DNA of 64,000 nucleotides, from the sequence record NC_042116.1. One strand, given 5' to 3'. A program made the position numbers and the translations under genes. How positions within the stretch are numbered: position 1 is the stretch's first letter; each line of letters begins with the position of its first letter. Below the pieces are notes generated by a model. That model searched no databases. It was not told the DNA's origin and saw only the letters and a list, made by a program, of their open reading frames with translations. Positions 57,097-64,000 of the stretch are shown piece after piece.

Positions 57097-57660
57097 ATGA
57101 AAGCAAAACGTGGTGTAGAAGAAGCTTTAGGTCTTCCATCATCAGAAGATTTAAAACGTATTCTTGGAAATAATTACAATGAAGACGAGTTATATTCTGA
57201 CGAGGAAGATGATGAAGATGATAGTACTGAAATAACTGGTATTGAAATTGATGAAGCAAGAAAAACAATGAAACAATTAAAAGAGTATCGTGAACAATTG
57301 AAAGATATTCCTGATATTACAAATAGAAAACAACATTTAGATAGATTAGCAAAATTGGCTGAAGATAAATTTGAAGATATTTTTGATAGAGGTTTTAATT
57401 GCGAAGATAGATTTATGGCTGAGATTATAAATGCAGCTAACGTAATGCTAAAAATTGCTCTTGATGCACATTCAAAAGTTATTGATTCAGATATAAAATT
57501 AATTGATATGCAAATTAAGAAAGATAAAATAGAAATTGAGTTAAATCTTAAGCCTAAACAAGCATTATCCAACAATACTGATCCTAATTCAATTGAAGGT
57601 GAGAAGGTTGTAGTTAAATCTCGTAATGAACTACTCGCTTCGCTGAATCGGAATAAATAA
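57097..57660 (+). CDS. hypothetical morphogenesis-cluster protein
   Basis: Start moved to ATG 57097 after AGGA; acidic N-terminus, helical. Confidence 0.65.
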   Translation: MKAKRGVEEALGLPSSEDLKRILGNNYNEDELYSDEEDDEDDSTEITGIEIDEARKTMKQLKEYREQLKDIPDITNRKQHLDRLAKLAEDKFEDIFDRGFNCEDRFMAEIINAANVMLKIALDAHSKVIDSDIKLIDMQIKKDKIEIELNLKPKQALSNNTDPNSIEGEKVVVKSRNELLASLNRNK

Positions 57661-57687
57661 ATTAAAATACTGTGACTCGGAGTTAAC

Positions 57688-58233
57688 ATGAATAATTTAC
57701 AGAAATTTTTAATAGATCTCACTCCAGAATATTCATATCGTGTTAAATTTGCATGTGAGCCAAGCTCAGAAGATTTACACAAAGTGGTAACTAGACTTAC
57801 CGATAGATATGATGCATTTGAAGTTGGTCCATTAAAGAAAACAATTTTCCAAGACCGCCCATTAGATTTTTACAATCTTGACTGTGGTGAAATTTGGATG
57901 TTCGATTTTAAATGTAATCGTGGCATTCAACCTCAAGTACTTCTATTTGAAATTGGAAGTTTATTGAAATGGCCTGAAACTTTCATTCATATTAGAAATA
58001 ATTTAGAACCATATCAAGAAGAACTTGCTAATTCTGAAGATGATATTGATTTTGATGAATATGTGCCTCGTCTTTTAGATCCTGAACATAACGAAGTTCC
58101 AAAAGTTAATGCTGAAGAACTTGGTGGTCAAGGTCGTGCTGATACAGCAGTAAAAGATGCTATTGAAAATTATAAAAAAGATAAAACACCATATGCAGAA
58201 TATATGTCTGCTGGTTTCGGTAAAAAGGAGTAA
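57688..58233 (+). CDS. hypothetical late protein
   Basis: ATAAATA upstream; GGAG RBS. Confidence 0.7.
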   Translation: MNNLQKFLIDLTPEYSYRVKFACEPSSEDLHKVVTRLTDRYDAFEVGPLKKTIFQDRPLDFYNLDCGEIWMFDFKCNRGIQPQVLLFEIGSLLKWPETFIHIRNNLEPYQEELANSEDDIDFDEYVPRLLDPEHNEVPKVNAEELGGQGRADTAVKDAIENYKKDKTPYAEYMSAGFGKKE

Positions 58234-58236
58234 TCA

Positions 58237-58791
58237 ATGAGTCTTTTAGAAGAAATGTTTGATGGTTCTCAAGAACAATTGAACGAACGTCCTTATAGTC
58301 GTACACAATCAGCGATTGATTCGGTTAAAGGTAAAGCAAAAGGTATGTTTGGTTCTGGTCAAGTTGAACAGGGTGCACAACAATCTGGACAACAAGCTAA
58401 TCAGTTATGGAATGACTTTAAACGTTATGTTGGTAAAAAATACGGAGAGCACCCACAAGCAGTATCATATGCTGATGTTGCTGCCTTTTTTAAAGGTAAT
58501 AATTTAGATATTAAATTTTTAGGCCAAAATGAACGACGTTCATTTACACCAAAAGATGTGGGAACTGCAATACTTTCAGCAGCAAGAGAAATGGCTGATG
58601 ATTATGCAAATGATGAAGAATCTCCACAAGAACAAAATAAACCTGAACAATCTCAAGGTAATCAACCTCAACCTCAAACACAAGGTCAAGGTAATAATGC
58701 ACCACAAGCTGGGTCGAGTTCTGATTTTGCTGGTAAATTATCATCACTTTCTGCATCTGATCGTGCAAAGCTAATGAGACTAATTTCGTAA
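58237..58791 (+). CDS. hypothetical late protein with Q/N-rich linker
   Basis: AAGGAG RBS; ends LSASDRAKLMRLI. Confidence 0.7.
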   Translation: MSLLEEMFDGSQEQLNERPYSRTQSAIDSVKGKAKGMFGSGQVEQGAQQSGQQANQLWNDFKRYVGKKYGEHPQAVSYADVAAFFKGNNLDIKFLGQNERRSFTPKDVGTAILSAAREMADDYANDEESPQEQNKPEQSQGNQPQPQTQGQGNNAPQAGSSSDFAGKLSSLSASDRAKLMRLIS

Positions 58792-58805
58792 TAGGAGAAG
58801 TAAAA

Positions 58806-60161
58806 ATGACAATACTCGGTAATATTAAAGTTCCGAATAATTATGTTTATACTTCTCACAAAGGTACAGAATATGTGTATCTTGATGGATCATGGTTAAA
58901 CTGTGAAACAATGAACGAAGTATCAAATGTTCATAATTTTAAAATGAATCAATCTGCTATTAAACAAATAGCAGAACATAATAATTCAAATGAATTAAAA
59001 ATAGGTAAAAAGTACTTGATCAATGAATCTGAATATGTTTATGTTGGACGTAACCAAGTAACAAAGAATGATTCGTTGCTACATGAAAGTATTAATAAAA
59101 ATATCGTTTCATTGATGGAAGCTGGAAATAGTGACTTTAGTAATTTTGTTCGTGGTAATACTACGGAATTGGAAATTCCTAATAAATTTCAAAGTCAGGG
59201 ATATACTTATAATAAAAGTAAAAACACATGGAGCGGTGATAATGGTGAAATCACCGATACCCAAGATAATAAAGATTTAAATTCTATGGCTATTAAAGAC
59301 ATTCAAAACTATAATTCAAAAGATGACTTTCCAGTTAATAGTACTATTGATTGGCAAGGGAAAACATTAACATGGAATGGTAATAATTGGGTTAATCCAG
59401 ACGGGAGAATTATTGGTAATAAATTTAATTCAAAAGTTTATGATTACCTAGACGAATTTCCTAGTAATAATAAATCATCTGAAAGTGAAGCTGATAATAG
59501 TTCAAAGGATTCAAGTTCAGATGTTTCCGATGTTCCAAATGGATATATATATACCTCAGCTAAACAGAAACGTTATATTAAAAAGAATGGTCAGTGGATT
59601 TCATTAGAAACTAAAAAGCCTATAAATTCATCTACTGCTGCTCCTTTAGAACGTGCTGCAATTGAAGCAATTAAAAAGCAAAATACTTCATCAAAAATTA
59701 AAATTGGTCAAGAATTAAAAAATAATTATGGTCAAATGTATAGATATGTTGGTGGGTTACGTTTCATTTCAGATGAAGGTAAATCATTACCTGAAGATGT
59801 AGCTAGAGAGATTATATCCTCTATAGATGATACAAAACAAAGTAATGAAGAACAACCAGTACAAGGTAATAAAGAACAACCAGCACAATCAGTACAAGGT
59901 AATGAAGAACCTAATAATGCACCAAATGCCCCTATTCAACCAGCACAAAATAACAGTACTGGACAGTCAAATAAACCTGATAGTAATAGTGATCCATTAC
60001 AAGCATTAGCTGATGAAATTAAATCTAATTCATCAGCAACTAGAATTATCGTACTATTAAGCCGTGGTGATAAACTTTCATTAATGGCTGCTGATATTTT
60101 ACTATCTGGTAAAAAGAATGAAGCATTACAGATTCTAAATTCATTAAATAATACAGATTAA
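58806..60161 (+). CDS. hypothetical late protein with three internal ~85-aa repeats
   Basis: VPNNYVYTSHK.., IPNKFQ.., VPNGYIYTSAK.. modules followed by a Q/N/P-rich linker. Confidence 0.75.
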   Translation: MTILGNIKVPNNYVYTSHKGTEYVYLDGSWLNCETMNEVSNVHNFKMNQSAIKQIAEHNNSNELKIGKKYLINESEYVYVGRNQVTKNDSLLHESINKNIVSLMEAGNSDFSNFVRGNTTELEIPNKFQSQGYTYNKSKNTWSGDNGEITDTQDNKDLNSMAIKDIQNYNSKDDFPVNSTIDWQGKTLTWNGNNWVNPDGRIIGNKFNSKVYDYLDEFPSNNKSSESEADNSSKDSSSDVSDVPNGYIYTSAKQKRYIKKNGQWISLETKKPINSSTAAPLERAAIEAIKKQNTSSKIKIGQELKNNYGQMYRYVGGLRFISDEGKSLPEDVAREIISSIDDTKQSNEEQPVQGNKEQPAQSVQGNEEPNNAPNAPIQPAQNNSTGQSNKPDSNSDPLQALADEIKSNSSATRIIVLLSRGDKLSLMAADILLSGKKNEALQILNSLNNTD

Positions 60162-60182
60162 TTAGAAAAGGAATTGATTAAT

Positions 60183-61160
60183 ATGAAAAAACAAGTTAAT
60201 GAAGCATCAGTTCGTATTGATGTTCAAGGTTTAGAATCTAATGATCTTGAAACTCTTTCACGTATGCTTGCTTTAGCTGGACAAGCTGAGAATAAAGGAC
60301 CACAATTTGGTGGTATGTCTTCTATTCCACGCATTATGCCATTAGACATGGATAGCATAGGTGGAGACGAAACTCAACCTATCATGAATCCACTAGACGC
60401 TGTAAGTACCGATGACATGTCAGGAGCAGGTAGTGCTGAATTGGGTGCTGCTGCGGGGGATTTGGCAGGTTCCATCACTGATTTTGGTGATGAAGGGCTT
60501 GACAGTGGGATAGATTCTGGTGTAGAATCTTTCGATGAAGTTCAAGATGAGTCAAGTGCTCCATTTGGTCAAGATGATATCAGTGCTGAAGTTGATTCAG
60601 TTTATACTGGTGATGATGATTTTGACATGGGACGCATGTCTTCCCTAGCTGGAATTCATGAAAGTCAAGATGTTGATGAAGCTGATGACGTACCATTCGA
60701 TTCTGCAAGTGAAGCAAATCCTGATGATGAATCCGTAGATGAAGAAACTATAGGTGAAAGTCTACTTCCAGATTTATCATTGGATGAAGATTCTATTTCT
60801 TCTAATGCTGACTCACAAATAAATCAAGAATTTGGTCCATTTAGAACCGAATTTGAATGTGTTAATGATGGTCAATCAAAAACCAATGGTGTTGAAGGTG
60901 ATAATTTCATCGTCGTACCTAAAGGAAATGCGTTTTATTGGAAACGTACAGTACAGGAAGATGCTGATAATCGTCCAGAACCAGAATTTTATGACGATGA
61001 AGGAATTCGTAACTCACGTCATGATTATCGTCACAAACGCACTGCTCTTGGTGACAATCCTATTCTTTCCGTTGATGAATCCGAAGATGAAGATGAATCT
61101 GTAGATTCAATCTTTGAATCAATCAATGAAAAATATAAGAAATTTATGGAGGGTCTATAA
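60183..61160 (+). CDS. highly acidic low-complexity protein
   Basis: D/E/S/G-rich, in the morphogenesis block. Confidence 0.7.
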   Translation: MKKQVNEASVRIDVQGLESNDLETLSRMLALAGQAENKGPQFGGMSSIPRIMPLDMDSIGGDETQPIMNPLDAVSTDDMSGAGSAELGAAAGDLAGSITDFGDEGLDSGIDSGVESFDEVQDESSAPFGQDDISAEVDSVYTGDDDFDMGRMSSLAGIHESQDVDEADDVPFDSASEANPDDESVDEETIGESLLPDLSLDEDSISSNADSQINQEFGPFRTEFECVNDGQSKTNGVEGDNFIVVPKGNAFYWKRTVQEDADNRPEPEFYDDEGIRNSRHDYRHKRTALGDNPILSVDESEDEDESVDSIFESINEKYKKFMEGL

Positions 61161-61552
61161 TGAGTATGATACGTAATTTAATGGAATCAATTGATGACAT
61201 TTATGAAGCTGATGATGAATCAATGGAACAAGATTCAGAAGTAACACCACAAGAACTACTAAAAGATATTATTGGTTCTCTAAAAGAACTTTCTGAACAA
61301 TTAGCTACCGATTCAGTTCAAGATATGAAAACATTAACATCCGATCTTCAAAATATTTCATCATCTTTGAAAGAATTAGTTTCACCTGAAGCTGATGATG
61401 AATATTCAACTGAATTTGATTCTGAAGAAGAATTAGAAGAAGAATATGGTGCAGAAGATATGGGACCATCTGTAAGTAAGGATGGTATGCAGAATTATGA
61501 AAACCCATGTGGTTCTTCATACCCTGAGAAAAAAGGTTTTGTGGGAATTTAA
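61160..61552 (+). CDS. highly acidic protein
   Basis: D/E-rich with a central helical segment. Confidence 0.7.
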   Translation: MSMIRNLMESIDDIYEADDESMEQDSEVTPQELLKDIIGSLKELSEQLATDSVQDMKTLTSDLQNISSSLKELVSPEADDEYSTEFDSEEELEEEYGAEDMGPSVSKDGMQNYENPCGSSYPEKKGFVGI

Positions 61553-61553
61553 T

Positions 61554-61928
61554 ATGATACCAAAAACCAACAGTACTGAAATTCAAGTAGATGTATTAAT
61601 AAAAATACGGGAAGTTTATGAATTTGATTCTGAACTTTCTGATAGAATGATATTGATATCTATTTTTGATAATTACAGAACTGGTGGTGGTCTTAGGTTG
61701 AGTAAGTTGGGGTATAATATTTGTACTGAATATGATTTGTATGAGTTTACCCCTATTCCTATAAAAAAGGAAGACCGTAATTCTATGGTTTACACTTCTT
61801 TAGATCGTATTTGCACTAGCCCCTATTATATAAAAGGGGATGTTTTGTACTTATCTGATGAACTTGTTATGGCACAACTAACTTTTTGTAGAGATAATTT
61901 TGTAAAATTATTTTTAGCATTTATGTGA
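61554..61928 (+). CDS. hypothetical protein
   Basis: Start moved to ATG 61554. Confidence 0.65.
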   Translation: MIPKTNSTEIQVDVLIKIREVYEFDSELSDRMILISIFDNYRTGGGLRLSKLGYNICTEYDLYEFTPIPIKKEDRNSMVYTSLDRICTSPYYIKGDVLYLSDELVMAQLTFCRDNFVKLFLAFM

Positions 61929-61954
61929 AACATTAAAAAAAATTCTGGTATAAT
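61926..61954 (+). promoter_or_regulatory. TGAAAC-N17-TATAAT extended -10 promoter
   Basis: TGAAAC ATTAAAAAAAATTCTGG TATAAT. Confidence 0.7.
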
Positions 61955-61986
61955 ATGTTTATTAAGACAGATTAAGGATTAACTTA

Positions 61987-62019
61987 AAGGCACTGATGTG
62001 AATCAGTGCCTTCTCTTTT
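61987..62019 (+). terminator. 11-bp hairpin terminator just downstream of the promoter
   Basis: AAGGCACTGAT-GTGA-ATCAGTGCCTT + CTCTTTT. Confidence 0.75.
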
Positions 62020-62074
62020 GACAAATGGATTTGTAAATTTTATTACAGTAAACAACAACAAAGGTAGAAGACGT

Positions 62075-63406
62075 ATGAGCGAAAACATTAAAACTGATAG
62101 TCTAAATTATAACTTAAAACCATCTCAAGTTTTTGAAGCAATGCAAGTTGCAGATATAGTTGGTGATAGTTTAATGATTTGGGGTTCTCCTGGTATTGGT
62201 AAATCTGCAATTGCCCGTCAATATGCGAAAGAAATGTATCCATTGTATAAAGACAACGTTGGTCAGTTAGAATTTTTGCTACAACGTGCACAAAATGAAG
62301 ATGATACGTTAGTTACTATGAATGATTATTTGGATTTTAAAAATTCATTACTAGATCAAGAAACCAATTTTATTGATTTTCGTTTATCACAGATTGAGCC
62401 ATCGGATCTTCGTGGTATTCCAATTCCAGTAAAAATGTATTATGATTTAGCAGGAAATCAGATTCTAGAATCTGAATTAGATAAACATCCAATTTATCAA
62501 ACTGATACTTCAGTTGTATGGGCTGCTCCAGATATTCTTAAATTGAATCCTAGCTGGAAAGGTGTAATCTTATTTGATGAAATTAACTCTGCAATGCCAA
62601 TTGTTCAAGCTGCTTCATATCAGTTAATTTTAGACCGTTGTGTCGGAGAACTAATACTTCCATCAACTGCATTGATTCTTGCAGCAGGAAACCGTGAAAC
62701 TGATGGTGGTGTAACATTTAGTTTAGCAACTCCATTGCGTGACCGAATGACTCACGTAGAAATGATTCCAGACTATATGGATTGGATTGAAAATTATGCA
62801 ATTCCTAATCGGCTAAATGCTGGTACTATTGCTTATATTAAAGAAACTGGTTCTAAAAACTTTAATACATTAAGCCCTAAAGATACTAGTCATTCTGGCG
62901 GTTCTTCACCACGTTCATGGACTCGTGTATCAGAAATCGAAACAGTACGTAAACAATTAGGTACTTCTTCTCAAGTTTACAAAGCATTAATTGCTGGTCG
63001 AGTTGGTAATATAGCTGCAATTGATTATGTAACTTATATTGAAAATATGGCAGGTCTTCCAGATGTAATGGATATTATGAATGGATTAGTAACTGATTTT
63101 AGTGAACATGTTGAAGAAATATCAAAAAATTATTTCATTGTATTAAATTTAGTATATAAAATTATTGAATTTTTCAGTAAAAAAGTTGAAGGTTCTATTA
63201 CATTAGAACAATGGCGTTCTTATTGTACAAATTTCTTAACGTTTATCGATACTAATTTTGCTTCAACACAAACTGAATTAATTGTTCATGCAGTTCGAAC
63301 TTTCACTGACGCAAATGTTAATATTTCATATGCAGAAGTTCCAGTGTTTAAATCGTTTGTTACCAAATATGGTCCATTACTACGTAAGTGCCGAACAATA
63401 AAATAA
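62075..63406 (+). CDS. MoxR-like AAA+ ATPase
   Basis: WGSPGIGKS, DLRGIP, LFDEINSA, LAAGNRETD, LRDRM, SPRSW; start moved to ATG 62075. Confidence 0.88.
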   Translation: MSENIKTDSLNYNLKPSQVFEAMQVADIVGDSLMIWGSPGIGKSAIARQYAKEMYPLYKDNVGQLEFLLQRAQNEDDTLVTMNDYLDFKNSLLDQETNFIDFRLSQIEPSDLRGIPIPVKMYYDLAGNQILESELDKHPIYQTDTSVVWAAPDILKLNPSWKGVILFDEINSAMPIVQAASYQLILDRCVGELILPSTALILAAGNRETDGGVTFSLATPLRDRMTHVEMIPDYMDWIENYAIPNRLNAGTIAYIKETGSKNFNTLSPKDTSHSGGSSPRSWTRVSEIETVRKQLGTSSQVYKALIAGRVGNIAAIDYVTYIENMAGLPDVMDIMNGLVTDFSEHVEEISKNYFIVLNLVYKIIEFFSKKVEGSITLEQWRSYCTNFLTFIDTNFASTQTELIVHAVRTFTDANVNISYAEVPVFKSFVTKYGPLLRKCRTIK

Positions 63407-63413
63407 TTATAAT

Positions 63414-63436
63414 AAGGGACATTTTATATGTCCCTT
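63414..63436 (+). terminator. hairpin
   Basis: AAGGGACA-TTTTATA-TGTCCCTT. Confidence 0.6.
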
Positions 63437-63455
63437 TAATTGTATGAGAGGTTAT

Positions 63456-64000
63456 ATGAATACACCATATGTTGTATCAAAAGAATATGCTGATGAATGT
63501 CATGATAGAATTATAGTTGCTCGAACTTCAATGATAATGGGATGTCCATTTTTTGGAATACTTGCAGCTAGATTAAAATTAGTACCAAATAATACATGGT
63601 GCCGTACTTTAGCGGTTGATGGAAAACATTTATATTATAATGTTGAATTTATCATGGGTATTGAAGATCCATTACGCCGACAAGAATATGAAGATAAACT
63701 TAAAACTACAATTGATGATTTAACTACCGAACAAATTAAAGATGCATTGGATGGATTGAGTCATCAGAATTTAGTTGCAGCTATATGTCATGAAATTCTT
63801 CATTGTGCATATAATCATTTTTTACGCCGTGGATCTCGTAATCCAAAAAAATGGAATAAAGCTGCTGATTATGCAATTAATCAAATTATCAATCGCGATA
63901 AGAAAATGGGATTAATTAAAAAATCATGGCTATATAATTCTGATTATGAAGGTAAAGCTGCGGAAGAAATTTATAATATTTTAGAAGAACTAGGTGATAG
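63456..64000 (+). CDS. 3'-truncated metallopeptidase-like protein (DUF2201 N-terminal type), MoxR partner
   Basis: Translated by hand: PFFGILAARL, TLAVDG, CHEILH (HExxH), WNKAADYAIN; open to the window end. Confidence 0.8.
   Translation, partial: MNTPYVVSKEYADECHDRIIVARTSMIMGCPFFGILAARLKLVPNNTWCRTLAVDGKHLYYNVEFIMGIEDPLRRQEYEDKLKTTIDDLTTEQIKDALDGLSHQNLVAAICHEILHCAYNHFLRRGSRNPKKWNKAADYAINQIINRDKKMGLIKKSWLYNSDYEGKAAEEIYNILEELGD

Noticed and set aside
59845-59960. Short QPVQGN-type repeats
   Set aside because: Low-complexity linker within ORF 58806; not an independent element.

Overview
This window is 64 kb of an AT-rich (about 30% GC) jumbo myophage genome. All supported genes lie on the + strand. 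Gene content suggests an enterobacterial GAP32/CBB/BF/RaK2-type jumbo phage; that assignment is from recalled gene content, not a search. The left and middle regions carry early/accessory genes. These include nucleotide metabolism (nrdD, nrdG, grcA, tdk, dNMP kinase, MazG-like proteins, glutaredoxin) and a translation/tRNA toolkit (TyrRS, Thg1, CCA enzyme, HPF, Pth2-like, YqeY, GroES). They also include RNA-repair and counter-defence candidates (RNA ligase, TROVE/vWA, 2H phosphoesterase, RlaP-type nucleotidyltransferase, NADAR, macro domain, Nudix), three DNA methyltransferases, free-standing homing-endonuclease-like genes, spanins and a LysM-lysozyme. A cassette of three ~900-aa paralogous virion proteins sits at 13-21 kb, and a tail/neck morphogenesis block at 49-61 kb. 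The strongest unexplained signals are: (1) a ~470-nt ORF-free, GC-enriched, hairpin-dense transcription unit at 31.27-31.74 kb with its own promoter and terminator, a candidate large ncRNA; (2) roughly 10-fold over-representation of the palindrome AGTACT across the window in all reading frames; (3) a repeated architecture in which a late promoter sits inside an RBS-sequestering hairpin; and (4) a compact gene run encoding a nucleotidyltransferase, two WNDG paralogs, a 2OG-Fe(II) oxygenase-like protein and an acyl carrier protein. No tRNA genes or CRISPR arrays were seen.
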